Source: Octopus vulgaris | Taxonomy: Eukaryota | Direction of reading: 5' to 3' | Assembly (NCBI GenBank): GCA_951406725.2 | Contig: OX597814.1 | Span: forward strand, 212,784,001 to 212,848,000 | DNA length: 64,000 nucleotides | Shown: piece after piece, positions 12,480 through 28,146 of the stretch | Numbering within the stretch: the first letter of the stretch is position 1 | Layout of the letters: each line of letters begins with the position of its first letter | Translations under genes and position numbers: made by a program | Notes under the pieces: generated by a model | What the model was told of the DNA's origin: nothing | The model's database searches: none | The model's input: the letters and a program-made list of their open reading frames with translations, nothing else

Positions 12480-13500
12480 ACAGAAAACAAATTGATGCCG
12501 ATTTCAAATAATACCAAATATGTATTTAATGTTTTGAAAGCTTTTGAAGATAGTAAAGTATATTAGTGCATTTATGTCGAATATTCTCGTACGAAGTGGA
12601 ATAAATTCTCCTATATGAACATCGATAGTTACTATTTTGCAATTTCGTTAATATTTCATTGTAAGACAGAAAATATAGAAACAAAGAAAGTATCGAGTGA
12701 CAAATATTTTATTGTATTTCAAATAAAATGCGTCAATTTGTTTATATATTAAAAGCGTTAAAAAAAAATTTTAAAGTTCTGTAATTATCTAATCATTAAT
12801 ATGAAATTGGAGATAAGTTTGTAGTTTGTTTTCTTTTCGGGTGGTTTTCGTTTAAAATTTCTACAATAATTAATTCCACTGTTTTGTTATACAAAGCAAT
12901 TTCTCAAAACAATGTTTGAATTTGTATGGCAATGAATATTACTTGCACTATTCAACAGTCTCAAATTTGTATATATTTCCTGGAATTACATTAGCAGAAA
13001 GTTAAGAAGGAAACTTTTCAGATATACGCTGAGAAAGCATTAAAGAAAGTAGTTTGCTCTACAATTATTCCCATTGTGCATGATTTATTCATGTCTTTAA
13101 TATATTGTGCAGTTTTCAAGAATTGATATAAACTTGTAAAAGTATCAAGCAGAAACTTTTAATATACGATGTGTTTGAAATGAAATATCATCTTCTATGA
13201 ACTAGTATACACATGTATACGAATATCATTGTGTGTGAGCGAATGTGGTTTGTTCATGTGTAAAAAGCTCAGCAACCAATCAATTATGGTACATTGCGTT
13301 CAATCGAAAACTATAGAAATATGTCTCTATCTAGAATTTATTTACTTATAAAATATTCATCTCGCAGTAGAAAGAGTCGACCACTCTTTCAATCAAATGC
13401 TTCTGTTTATCCTACAAAATGCTCGCTACTTCCTAAAGATACTGCTAATTCACTAAGTATAAATAGCAATAAAATATTCTTCAAACCGCTATGGTAATAT
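12480..13500 (+). pseudogene. decayed Toll-like receptor (LRRCT-TM-TIR)
   Basis: EIGDKFVVCFLFGWF (12803-47); hydrophobic VVCSTIIPIVHDLFMSLIYCAVFKN*Y (13049-13129); in-frame YDVF...VCERMW...SIENYR (13165-13317). Confidence 0.55.
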
Positions 13501-14269
13501 ACTTACTATGGTAATATATTCAGGCGCTCATATTGACTGAAAGAAAAGATGAGTTTGTAATTAATGGAATAAATTAGATCATTTATCTGCACTATCATCA
13601 CTGACCAGCAGGTAAATATCATAAACATTTGTTCGTCGCGCTTCAATGCATTAATATTACAATACAATTAATATAATGATTCAATTAATACGGTCAGATA
13701 TATTCATATATTTTTATATTCATTTAAAACAAATTTTGGGAAAATACAAGCGTGTATCTATTGTTATTGTTGTTAGCCCTAGGTCATCTGCAATCCAATA
13801 AACCCATGGCCAAAGAACTTTTCATGTTATTTTCTTGTTTGTGCGGAAAGAATTACACATTGTCTAACATATCCTATTCTAGAAGACCCGAGATTTAGCC
13901 ATTATTATTAGCAAGTCAAGTAAATACACTAAGGTTCACATTTTGGCTAATATAGTTTTATATGTATATGTGTAGCCACTCTTATGAGTGAGTGGGAGTA
14001 AATGTATTTATTAGCAAATGCATTCGTGAATATTTTGTGTAATTTATATGTGAAATGTTAACCGGTAAAGAGACGTTAACCGATAAAGAGGTTTTTTCAC
14101 TGATTATTTCAATACTAAAATTTGTGTTCTGTAAATCTAATCCACATAAAATTAGTGTGTATATCTTTTACACGTGTATCCATTTATATATGCACACTCA
14201 CACGCACATATGTGTGTATTTGTATGTGTATGTGTGTATGTGTGTGTGTGTGTATTTTTTATTGAAGCA

Positions 14270-15195
14270 TCATTCAGTCAGGTTGATTGCCCGGGCCAAC
14301 CTGACTACCTCTCTCCATCCTTCCCGATCTTCCATTATTGTTTTTATGTCTTCAGCTTCGCATCCAAACACTTCTTCCGTTATCTTCCAGCTCCTTTGGT
14401 ACAATGATTTAGTGTACAAATCAAAACACATTACTCACAAGTTCCTCTTTACTCCTCCATCAGTGGCCAGCAAACCTCAATCTCCGCTCTTGGATGGTTG
14501 ATGAGAACGTTGGTACATTCCCAGATAACCGTTGTTTACTTGGGCGCTCCATCCAAGAGACGTTGAGCGCTGCACTTGATATTCTGATGTAGGCGCCGTC
14601 CAGCATGCACCTGAGTCTCTTGGCGAGAGTCCGAGTCAGAGATCCATATACAAGAACAGATTCAACAATTGCTCTGAAAAACTGTCTCTTTAATTTACCT
14701 GGTAGGTTGACTTCCATATTGTTCTAAGACAGTCTATAACTGCCCAAGCCTTAGCAACCTGAGATTTAATATCTTTTTCAGTGGACACGGTATTGCTGCC
14801 TAGGTAAGTGACATTTTTCAAGGGCTTCTATTTTGTTCAGGGTGATATAATCCTATGTTACCAGCAGTATTTTCTAGAAGATGGAATAAACGTTCAGTAT
14901 CTCTTGTGTAGCCTGCGAAGAGCGCATTGTCATAATCGACGTCTGTCAATTAGGTGTCCAGATATCCTCTGCTTCTAGACTTCTGTAAAGTTAAACCCAG
15001 ATCATTGAGGCACGTAATACATAAACGAGTCACAGGATGAACGAGTCGGGAAATAGTGTGTCACCCTGCAGTACTCCTGTACGAACATCGAAGAAGAGAT
15101 TATCTCCATTTGGTGACTGCACTTTTGCTTGGGTATTTCTATACAGCATCACTACCGCCTTTATTGTTTCATCAGGGATTTCATATGGCATAAGC
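14270..15195 (-). mobile_element. RTE-clade LINE remnant
   Basis: TGVLQGDTLFP (RT) and VESVLVYG...RRLRFAGH (RTE C-terminus). Confidence 0.85.
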
Positions 15196-15899
15196 ATATC
15201 TATATATATGTATATACACATTCGGTATGTGTTGTGTTCCATTACGTGATAAAGGAAAATAATGTATAAGCAAACGACGTAACGTAACTGAATGTAAAAA
15301 TGAACAAGATACAAACAGAAGGTCCATAACCCTTCATCAGTTATCGACCAATGGTACTGTTCAGTTTCGCACCTTTAACGATAAGACTGAGTGCTTCCCA
15401 ATTGGCGGTGCACGTAAAAAAATTTTTCTTGCGTAGAATTAGGGACAAGAGCAAACAAAAAGAAACAAAACAAGCAAAACGACACAGAGTGTAATTTAGG
15501 ACGGTGGAACAAGATACGGCCTTGGGCCAAGGAGACGAGAATAGTGGGTAACGCTTAGAAAATATTTTGAACGATGGAGAACGTTCTCTATGTGCACTTG
15601 AATCTGTATTGTCTATTTCAGTATGCACTTACTCACGCCCACACATACTCGCACAAATAGGAGCTTTTCTGTTTCGTTCGGTTGCATAGTGCTATATTTG
15701 CATCGATTTATGGGTTGCAAGAATGATTTTTTTTGTCACATTCTCTAAAATATTTTGTGTGAAGGTTTTTGCTTTCGTTAGATCAGTATACTTAAAATCA
15801 AAATTCTTAGCCCTTGAGTGTATATCGTAATTCAATGCAGCTTAGCAAAAATGTGTTTGTCTTTTTTTAAGTTTTTTTTCAGAGAAAACTTTGAAGACA

Positions 15900-16500
15900 A
15901 AGACAGAACATTTTCAACATTTTTAGTGACACAATTAATATCTATAGGGTTTAGAGTACTAAGATAATCCATAATAGAAGATATAGCAAAAATATCATGA
16001 AATTAGAAAGGTTAACTATAAAAACTAGAGTGCAAAATGTTCTTGGTGTCATTCATCTAGTACTATGTACCCATTGTTAATATTTTCACAATGTTGATTT
16101 ATTCGAAAGCCAAAAGTTTCTGCATCTTATCAATTAGAATTGTTGGTTTCTTTCAAAATCAAAAGATTGAAAACCATTTTAAAGATTTATCTTTACAATT
16201 AAACAACATTAATTATAGAAAATTTTATTTAGTTGTTGTACTTAATTAAACAATGCTTTGAAGTCACTTAACTTCTCGTGAATGTTCGTCTTAACATTTA
16301 CTGCTTTACAACCAGAATTAGGAAATCTTTTCATAACCACTAAAGTGATTTGATCAATGATTGCCAGACATAATTTGTCCGCCTAAAATCATTACGGGAC
16401 ATCAAGTAATTGATAGGATGCATTAGTCCGTAACAGAAACTTCACTGTCCGAATGGATTATTTAATTAATGTTACCGCCTCATTCTACCGAAGATAATTT
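15900..16500 (+). pseudogene. possible decayed LRR/LRRCT (TLR-like) fragment
   Basis: KDLSLQLNNINY, ALKSLNFS, LGNLF, ICPPKIITGHQVID in broken frames. Confidence 0.35.
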
Positions 16501-17077
16501 CAGATGAATAAACGTACATCAGTATCAAAGTCATAATACTTTGAAAATAAAAGTTGATTAGAAAATTATTAATATCCTGTTCAATATATGTCATTCATAT
16601 TGTATTACACTTTGATAATAGGCATATTTGACAAATTTTAAATATATTACATGTTAATTTCCACTCAGCATATTAATTTCTTCTTCATATATTTCTCATT
16701 TAGAGGCCTTTGATATTTTTCCTATTGTTATATTTATAACAATTCTTAGAGTGAACATATTACAAGGAATTATATATCCGTTCATAATATCTGTAACTTG
16801 GTATTGAGGATAATAATTTACATATCCCCACTTTCCCTTTCTAACACCCTCGTCTTCTGTTCTAATATAGTCATCTTCGTAGCTATTCCTCTGTTTAATT
16901 CTATGTGCTAATATATAGGTGTTATATTACTGCTATGGTTATATAGCTGTGTGCCTTCTTTTATTCTTGTATCTCAAGGGAATAATGCGTCTAGCCACGC
17001 ATGTATGTACATATTTGCTTACTCATGATACGGATTTCACACCTATACATCTCTATACATATGATTCCCAGTTCTGC

Positions 17078-17139
<62 letters not shown>

Positions 17140-18996
17140 TTATATAAATAAGGATAATTATTTATATAAATTTATATATTCGTTTCGTTATTATATTCAC
17201 TGCGGTGATATTTTTGACCATATCGCACGAGGAGTTTTAGGTGGGTAATTTAAACTGGTCGTATGCATACGTGCATATATACGTCCGTATAGGTAAGTAT
17301 TCGTATGTTGTATATATATATTTGTATTTAAGTGCTACTTTCTTATGCAGAGCCAGAAATCTGGGATCTGGAATTATCCAGTAACTTTTTGCTAGTTTAT
17401 TTTGTCTTTTGCCTTCTCTCCTGGTGCATCATGAACATTTAATGTGGTTTTAGAGTCAAGATTTGGCTGCTATTTCCAGCATGGGGGTATCTCTTAGATA
17501 CTCTAAATTATAATTGTAAATATATATATAAGCAGAGCTATACGTGGGCAGGTATAGAAACGCGCGCACGTACATACAAGTAGCCTCACAAGTTAACATT
17601 CAAACACGCACAAATATTTAAACAGAAAACCTATGGACACCGATATTAAATAAGCAAGACAAAAATCAATGAAACTTAACGCCTGTGCATTTACCAAAAT
17701 GTTTGCAATAATACAACCGCTCTCTAATACGCATCCTCAAAATTATAAATACAATGAATTTTAGTGTATCTTGTTTGCTTACATCACGATGGCATGTCAT
17801 TGATAAGCTCGTGAACGGAAATAAAATGACACCGGCAAACCAATTGATAGAGTGATTACTGAAATGACTAGTCGTATATTAGATTAGTTACCTGATTAAT
17901 TAGTTAATTAGCCGAGTAGATGGAAGAGAATCATGCATTTGCTTGCATAGCTTAAATGTACTTCCAAAATATACATATATACATTTGCATAGATTTATTT
18001 TTATATGCGTATATATATGTATATACGTATATATGAATGCATATATTCACACACACACGCACGCACATACATGCACACATGCATACATACATATAGACAC
18101 ACATATAAACCAAAAACGTTGTATATTTGTATATTGTATAAAGGAAATGCAGGTGTATATTGTTTGATCGAAATACAATTTGAGCTTATTTTTAGAAATT
18201 AGGGTGACCAGATGACTTGTTTTAGACAGAAGTGGCCGGCTTGTGATCACTCTGTTCTCTGTCAGACGATATTTATTATATGAGGCTAATTTGCCCTTTC
18301 CTTTCGTATCAGTAAAGTATGTTCTGCATATCTATACGATAATAATCTCGATATAATTTTATACCAATACTTACTTTTGTGTCCATAGTTTTGTCCCGTA
18401 TTTCATTAGGACTATTCACAGAGTAGGAAAAAGCAGCCAAATTATTTCGTTACAGAAAGCCAGGACCAATTCTCTATCAGTCATTTAATAAGCTGTTAGC
18501 TCTTGGTGTACCTCCACAGAATATAAATGTTCTCTCTTACTTAGTAACGTAGATTTGTTCCGCTTCTGTTTTTTTACGAACATCGAAAAATCCAACATAA
18601 AAAGAATCGACACAACCACGAGATACATTAAAACTAATCGTTTACCTATTTATTACTTAAAACAAATACGTTATTTGTTTGTTTTTTTCCTCTTTACTTC
18701 AAATGAATTATACTTTCTGCATTACAGATTAATCAATTAACTTTGTAAAATATGAATATATCTCTATGCTTATTCTCAATGCCCCTTCACCTTGGTTGAT
18801 GTGGTAAATTGAAAACTGTTATATTGTATGCTTGAATTATTAGCTTAATCTCTGTGTTGTTTAACATCAATAGAATTATGCTCGTAGTGCAAGTTGAACT
18901 TCTGTTACTTCAAAAACTGTTACGTAATTTAACCTTGTTTAGATTGAACATTCTTCTAAATTTACTTCTGTTTTATAAAATTTCACTTGAAACGTA

Positions 18997-20625
18997 ATGG
19001 CATGGTATATGATGTTGCGTTTTCTTTTGTTTAGTTTTATTTTGTCAATAATTTGGATGCATACAAGAAAGTATGCTCAAATATGTAGAGTGATTGAATA
19101 TTTTGTCCTATTTCGAGCCTGTAAAGAGATGCCGAGAAGTAAGATTACATTTATCTGTGAACAGGTTAAAGAATTTAGATTTATTGCAAAAAAAAGAAAC
19201 TGGAGAAAAATAACCTTTATGCTTTTTCTGCACTAAGCCGTTGTGATGTAGAAATTGGCAATATGGAAGATATGCAGTTGAAAGCTGTAATCGCAGATAA
19301 GCATAAAGTTATTACTCATATTTTTGGTATGTCATCATTGTTATCATATTTTTCTACAGCTCGATTAACTGAAGATTACAAAATCATGGCTGTAGAACTC
19401 TGTAAAGTGTAGCATGCTGTGAAGCATAATCTGTTATATAGAAATGTTAGTTGTGGAATAAAAGTAGATAAAGAAATGTTCAGCGACTCATTTATGGTGC
19501 AAAATGAAACATGAGGGAAAAAACTAAGCCAAAAGCTCTATGCTAGAATATCCTAGTACCACCCTCTGTATAAAGCATGTGAATTACATAAATGAATATG
19601 ATTTGATTTTTGAGTAGCAACTAGAACTTTAAACGTAGTACCAACGAAGTGTTTCCCAATAATTCTGATATACTTTCATTTCGAAAAGCATTTATAACTT
19701 GACGTTTACTGCGATGACAGTTACTAATGAAACAAAAAGCATCAGGCCCTGATCTGAAAAATGTATCTACGCTCACTGCGCACAATACAAGATTAAATGA
19801 TGGAAAGCAGGATTATGTTCATCAAAAATTGAAAATGGCTCGAAAAATATTATTCCTGCAACTGTCCAATACATATTTGCATAATATCACTAAATTTGCT
19901 ACATGAAAACTTGTGCTCAAAGACATTTATTTCAGAAATTGTGTGAATTTGTGAATTTTATTTGTAATAAATCATGTCATGTAACTCTCTCTCTCTCTCT
20001 CTCTTTTCTCGTATATATAGTCTAACATCTCACCACCATCTATTGGTCTAACTGCTTTGCCTATTCTACACCCGCTTATCTCATCTATTCATAATGCCAT
20101 GACAGCTTTAATTTGGAGAAAAGGCCTTGATGTTTTCATATTGAATATCTCCATTCTCTATAATTCCAACACCTGCTACCCCTTTTTCATTTTATCTCCT
20201 AAATCATGATGCGTAAATGGGAAGAGATTGTACAATGGCAAAATCTACCTGCCTTTTCTGATTTTCCTGTGACTTTGTTCTCTTCAACATGTTCCTTTCT
20301 CCTCACGTCTCTCTCCGCTCATATATAACGGTGACGCAACTCTGCAACTCTTTCTGCCAAACCTTAGCTTCTCACCATTCTCTCTCACTCACTACTCTCG
20401 TTCACTAATCCCCTGGTTACCTCAACCCAATTTTCCCTTCATCTGCGATTTTCTACTGTCCTCCTATGTTTTGTTTTCTTAACATACCACTATAACCACT
20501 CCTCTACACCTCTGCACTGACATATCACTCTGTAACTTACAATCGCATTCACACTACTTTATTTCTGTTTTTCGATGCTAATAATGCCATGATTCTTTCT
20601 TTCTCTCTCTGTCTGTCTGTCTATC

Positions 20626-20673
<48 letters not shown>

Positions 20674-22000
20674 ACCAATACACATGTAGTAACACTACAA
20701 AGAGCACCTTGAACACTTACAAACTGTCTGAGCCATACTGTCATAGCAGATGATCCGCACCAACCTATCACTGGGTCCACATGATCAACCCACAGCATTA
20801 CCATTATATTTTGTTCCCTTCCCCGCCACATTAATCCCTGGCATTATTCTTCGCTTCCCTTCTTCTCTGTTTCCATTACTCATGCTCTACCTTCTTCTAT
20901 TGGTTATTCCACTCAAAATACATCTGTTCATTCCATCGTGGCATGCGATTTTCGCTTTGCAGGCTGTCTAGCGAGCCTCAATGGTACTGGTACTACTATA
21001 TTTTGACAGAATACTTAAACACCGAAAAAACCTAAAACATTATTTGCTGCGTTTATTTGAGAAGAAGTGACATACAACCCCTTGAAAATGCTTTGGGTTT
21101 GAAGTAAATGCCTTTGAATTATTGAAGATTTAGTTCTTGTTCCTCTGTCACACCTTTCAATTATTCCCAGGCACATTTGAACGAATACAAGCGAAATCAT
21201 TTAACACAATTTCGTTTCACCGAGCCAAGGTGTTTCAGCATATAAGCTATTAGCAGAAATTGAAATCAAATTTTAATGAAAGACATTTTTATTCTTTTTT
21301 TTCTTGGCAATGATCTGCAATCTTAACTAGCTTATCCATGAGCCATGTGACAAATGTGTAACAGATTTCATTGTTGTCTCTGAAAGAACCATAAAGAAAA
21401 TAAGCGGCAAGTATTACTTCTCTGAAAACAACTTTCAAAATAAATTGCCGAAACTTACAATAATTATAAGAGACATATATGCTGGAGAATCATGTGATTC
21501 AGTCGAAGGTCAGTAACGACCAGGATATTAATAGATATGAATTAAATGAAGCATATGGGAGAGTAAGGGTAATTTTCAATACTCGTGAGATGTGTAGAAA
21601 ACCACAATGTAGAACGTTGTCCTACGCGATGATAAATTTTAGGCACCTTTCACAAACATAAGCGCTTGTATTTGCTCTATTCCATGCATCACCCTGAATT
21701 AGTAGTTCCAATGATGACCTTTGTATGGAGAAATGAAAACAAGCATGTAAAAGTGGACACCGTCGAACTAAAGATTCAAATATTTAACAGTTTCTCTGAA
21801 AATTGTCCAGATCTGTACAAATCACTCGTGGGCAATAGAAAACCCTTGGAGATGACAAGTAAAGGTTTTACAAATCAATTACATCGTGTAAAAAGTAGAC
21901 ATTTATTTCAGGTGAATTAAAATTAAAATTGAATATAAACATTTAGGATCTTTCACACAAAGTGTATAGAATGCATATTGACAGTCATATCGAGAGTAAA
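18997..22000 (+). pseudogene. decayed Toll-like receptor (signal peptide-LRRs-TIR), interrupted at ~19980-20990
   Basis: Hydrophobic N-terminus MAWYMMLRFLLFSFILSII; KLEKNNLYAFSALS; PDLKNVSTLTAHN..ILFLQLSNTYLHNITKFA..FRNCVNL*IL (19748-19975); TIR-like ORF 21666-21920 (NSFSEN..GNRKPL...SKGF). Confidence 0.55.
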
Positions 22001-22049
22001 TTGTGAAATGTTACTTTGATGTCAAATACACGCAGTAATAAATCTATCT

Positions 22050-22656
22050 CCAGCGGATTAAAAAAGAAGAAAAAGCTCACGTTCCATTTATATGAAACTA
22101 AAGGATTAGACTATGGCGGCATTTACTAGATAAAATAGCGGGAGATAACCTACTTGCCCTGAAGACAATCGAGGAAATAAAGGATGATAAATTTGAAATA
22201 AATAAATAAAATGAATACATATAAAACTAACGCAGAGTAACAATTATTTGGAGACGATAAAAAAAACCACAATACAATTAAAGACATAGATACACGGTAC
22301 AGCTGTTGATAATGTTGCACAAAACTGTATGGAATATTAAAATTTCAAACACAAAAGCCGGAAAAATATTCACGAACGCAAATATGAACTGCAGTCAGTT
22401 AAATTTTTAATTACTGTAACAAATGCAGAAATAGAAGAAATATATTTAGGTCAGACTGGAAATGCACTATCAGAACGTTCACGTGAGCACCGACGGCAAA
22501 TCAGATATCCAATTGTCTGTCAGTTACTTTTGAGTAATCATCTAGCAAACTTGGGGTCGGAAAATATTTATATTTCCATTCTACAAACTACACAGTTCAA
22601 ATGAAATTGAGAGAAATAACTTTATTAATAAATTCCAACCCAAGCTAAATAAATAA
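22050..22656 (+). mobile_element. Penelope-like GIY-YIG remnant
   Basis: IYLGQTGNALSERSREHRRQIR (22440-22505) and FINKFQPKLNK* (22621-56). Confidence 0.75.
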
Positions 22657-22794
22657 TAATACTAATATTTAGAGGTACTATTTCTTCTTCTACGACCACT
22701 ACAACTAACAACAATAACAACAATACTAAAGGTGCTTATGATGACGATAGCTATGTCAAGAGGAAAGTCAGTAAAAATTATCTTATTTTGGTGT

Positions 22795-23020
22795 TTAACT
22801 CTTTAGTGTTCAGATTACTCTGTTAAATGTAATACTTTTTCACTCAAATTGTTTTGAATTAATCATGCATTATCTTATAGCTTTGAGGTTTCAGTGATGT
22901 GAATATTTATTTTTTGAATGTCAATGTAGGTTAGGTTTGAGGGGCTAAATATGGCCAGTTTGATTATAAAACATATAGAATATTTGGGCCAGATATGGCC
23001 GGTTAAACACTAAAGGGTTA
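22795..23020. mobile_element. piggyBac-like MITE
   Basis: TTAACTCTTTAGTGTT ... AACACTAAAGGGTTA terminal inverted repeats. Confidence 0.65.
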
Positions 23021-23594
23021 CCCCAGCTACTCATACCACCACCATCACCACCGCCGCCAACAACAGCAACAACAACAATAACAAAGGAGGTGATAATTGT
23101 GATGATGAAAATTGAAATGTAAAATTCCCTGAGAAATGTTGTTTACAACATTTCTAAAAATAACCCAACAATTGCTGCTTTGGCCAGGGTCAAATACATG
23201 TCTCTTGACATGTTCGACAAACCGTGATGCCTAAAACAAACACCAATCAGCTTAAGTAATTCTGATGGTTCAGAATACAGTTTGCTAAAATTAACATTCT
23301 GGAGCCTATACCTAAACAAATGTATTTAAGGCACACAGTTTAGCCATCTCACTACAGTTGAAAATTGTAAAACAGAACTGTCACCATTACAACATGAACC
23401 CGAAGATTTCATAACTTAATGCAGAAAAATACTAGCTTAATCAGAATAGATATTTAATATTCTATCATTTCATTATATTATCTTATATTATATTATCATA
23501 AGATTGTAAATAAAACGTGACAATCAGACAAAGTTGGAATTACTTTCAATAACATATGTGTGTGTGTGTGTGCATATATGTATGTGTGTATGTT

Positions 23595-23665
<71 letters not shown>

Positions 23666-23668
23666 ATG

Positions 23669-23724
<56 letters not shown>

Positions 23725-23728
<4 letters not shown>

Positions 23729-24103
23729 TTTAGTCTTTTATTTGTTTCAGTCATTTGACTGTGGCCATGCTGGAGCACCGTCTTTAGTCGAACAAATCGA
23801 CTCCAGGACTTAGTCTTTATAAGCCTAGTACTTATTCTATCGGTCTCTGTTACCGAACCGCTAATTTACGAGGATTTAAGCACACCAGCATCGATTGTCA
23901 AGCGATGCTGGGGGAACAAAAAAAAACACACACAAACATATACACGCACGTACATATAAATATACATATATACGACGGGCTTCTTTCAGTTTCCGCCTAC
24001 TAAATCCACTCACAAGACTTTGGTCGGCCCGAGTCTATAGTAGAAGACACTTGTCCAAGGTGCCACGCGGTTGGTAAGTAGGCTACTTACCACACAGCCA
24101 CTC
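23725..24103 (-). mobile_element. SINE family A
   Basis: Reverse-complement match to 290-711 with an internal deletion. Confidence 0.85.
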
Positions 24104-24899
24104 ATATATACGTGTGGGGGTGCGCGCGCAAGTGTGGGTGCATATATATATATAAGGTGCTTTTATGAGTGTGAATGTTTGATATGATCCAGTAGTATAC
24201 ATACAACGTGTATACACACAAGCAGGTATGTATGTCTCTAATCTTATTGTTTTTTATCTGTCCTTTATCTTTTATGTTAGTGTTATTTTTTTATTATTTA
24301 TCATCCTTGTCATCACGGCAAATAGGCTAACTCATTAAGTAACCCCATCTATTTTATCAAGTAAAAGGTGCCAACGGCTAATCCTTAAGCTTCCTACGAC
24401 TTCTTTCTCCATTCTCTAAAGGAGTGGACAGCTTTATTACCATGTATATTTAACAGCAAAATACCATTCTCCAATGTACTGGCACCGTGATGAGAGAGTC
24501 AATATTATTCTATACTCTTTGAGTGAAATATTCTAACCGTTAAATTTTATTTTAATTTTATATTCACCCGAAGAAAACAGTTTTTTTTCTTACATGATGT
24601 AAAAGCGCGGAAATAAAGTATGATAAATAATAGAAATAACAGTAAAATAAAAAGTATGAATGAAATTAACATACAATGATCATCAATAAAAGACACGTCT
24701 GAAGCAGTTGTAGTAGCCTCAGCCCATTTGTGTTATATTACATCACAAAGGAACCGTTGTATTGTCAACCCATATTGGGCCGCGGATTGCATGCCGAAGT
24801 ATACGCTTGTGAGATCTTACGTATACATTAAGTGTATTTGGTCTTTGCTTGCAAATGTATGCTTAACCGGAAGAAAAAATACGTCTATATTTTTGTAAG

Positions 24900-25550
24900 T
24901 ACATGGGTGTCCGTAAATACTGTTGGTATGCGGATATTACGAACGCTCTCTCTCCCTCTCTCTCATTCTTCATTCTTTCTGGTTTCCTCACAACCATTCC
25001 CCTTTCTTCTCTCCCTTTCTCTTACTCCTCCTCCTCCCTCCCGCCGTTAACCCGCGACGAGAGCCTTGCCACCTTCTTTCTCGCCTGACCTTCTTGAGGT
25101 GTGGACGGCAATTTTCTTTGCTCCCTTTGCCGTTCACTGAAATAGCGTTCGTAATCCTTTTTTTCGTTCGGCTTAACAGCCCTTCTTGTCTTGTTATTTT
25201 CCTTGTCCTGTCTTTTACTGCTTATATTTTGTACTGTCGTTACTGTCCTGTTTTTGTTACCATTTTTACCCCTCTGCAAAAAGATCTCAAATTTTATTTG
25301 ATTTGCTTTTCGCAGGAAGGAAAGTTTCTATCGAAGATACGTCTCGCCTTCACCTTCGAAACGTAGAGTAGATGAAACCATGGCGACTGAAGAAGGGGTT
25401 TTTTCCTTGTGTTATTTGTCCTGTACTCTATTTTTTTGTTGTTTAAGAAAAATGTCCAGTTCCTTGGGTTTGTGTCTATGTTTTCGTTTCTCATTGTGTT
25501 CGACGTTTTTTTGGTGTCCTGTACTCATATATGCGTTTATATATACATGT
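24900..25550 (+). mobile_element. pLTR-like non-autonomous repeat (related pieces at ~10100-10290 and 15200-15600)
   Basis: Shared layout CGAAA...CTGANGA-AGGG-hairpin followed by a T-rich 3' part. Confidence 0.45.
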
Positions 25551-25676
25551 AGAGGTAGGTACGTACATATATGTATATATATATATATGCATATGTTTTA
25601 TTTATTAATATATTATATGACGGAACGCACGCATCCCTTTCTAAGTAAGATTGTTCTTCATATATATATATATATA

Positions 25677-26217
<541 letters not shown>

Positions 26218-26963
26218 AGTTTGCTTTACATGACATTATTTAATGATATATGTTTAGCAAAGCAGGAATAGTAACAGTTGGTTGTATACTTACCAAAATT
26301 ATTTAAAAATTTTTTCTAAATCTTACATGTGTGTTTTATGTATGATTATCTCTACGTGAGTCCACAACCTACACAGAAAGAGGCGTTATCCATTCCCTGT
26401 CATTCTAAACTACGAAATTATGTATGCAGCCAGCTACAGGCAAATAATGAAATGATTTAGAAGTGAAGCAAGCGAAATTAATGTGCCAGGTATCTTTTGA
26501 AAGTAACCTGACGGGACACACCTGTTTCTTTCAGCCAGTTCTTTAGAATGTCATCCGTGTGAGATAGATTGATCGAAGCGCTAGTTGTGATTAATAAATT
26601 ATCACATGCATTCCATTTTCTTTTCCTCTTATTTGTTATATACATACACACACAAACACACGATCGCACGCACACACACAATCGTACGCACACAAACAGA
26701 TATATATATATGTGCGTGGGCATATATTTTTTTAACAACTATATATATATATATATAGTTGTTTAATGAGAGACGAAAGATGGAAGACACGAGAAGTTTT
26801 ATTAATCACTACAATTGTTTCGGCCCATGCTGCGTCGATCCATCACAGGGTCTCATTAACCAAATGCATAATGAACACAGTGAAAGTGACCGTGCGTTAG
26901 CAGTAAGCTACTTGGTGTAAAACATTCGTTTTATTATCTAATATATATATATATATATGTATG

Positions 26964-27030
<67 letters not shown>

Positions 27031-27567
27031 ATATTTGTAGAGAATACATATGTATTTATGTATTAATGTGCATATATATATATATAATATACATACATAT
27101 GTATTGCATTTATACTTTCAAGTAAACTAGGTTGGTTTTCTAAAAGTTAGTAACAGAATATTTTACTAACATTTTAATATTGCATGTATCACATGATTAA
27201 ACTCTCTCTCTTCTTGTTATTTCAGCAAAACGTTAAGAACATCACGATATAACATTTCTTTCTATTTCATGGAATTGTACGTTTGAGTTCAATTTTCCAA
27301 TTAATAATCCATTATATTTTCTTATAAACAATATTATAAGATGCAATTATAAATTTTATTAAAAAAAGTCTATGTACTTCGACAAATTCTTGAAATATTA
27401 TATAACATTATAAGCAAAAACATGTAACATACAGAATCTATGAAGAATGTATCCACCACTATTCCAAGTAAATGCAAAGAACAAGTAAAGCAAAACTTTT
27501 CGTTTACTGTATGACCTGTAGATACACTTTCATGTTTCATGTGAAATAGCAGATTCTATACATACAT

Positions 27568-27702
<135 letters not shown>

Positions 27703-28108
27703 TATAAATATATATTTATATACACATATATATATAATATATATACATAAGTATAAATATATGTATATTCTCACACATACACAAACAAACGCATGCATCA
27801 TACAAACTACGCTTGCATATGCACACAGGAACCAACCTAACTTTTACCCTCCTCTTCCCTCTCTTTATAGATACATACGTATATATTATCGTACATTCGC
27901 ATTTAATAAGATTAGTTCGATGATGTTTTCGTATCATAATTGTCGAACTGATTCCTATCCAAATAAATATGAAGGTAAACAAAGAAAAAATATATAAAGT
28001 ATAAAACACAAATTTTACCTGAGGATGTCGCAGATAAAAATGTATTAAAACGATCTGAATGTCTACTAATACACGCAGTACTATTAGAATATTTTATGAA
28101 TATTATAT

Positions 28109-28146
<38 letters not shown>

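Noticed and set aside
26250-26620. Minus-strand INLSH..DILKNWLKETGV LRRCT-like piece
   Set aside because: Too short, and no TIR found; only mentioned as a weak cluster member
26805-26860. Minus-strand GAAAC-AATT-GTA with TTAATGA upstream
   Set aside because: Core and helix I do not close; at most a decayed hammerhead
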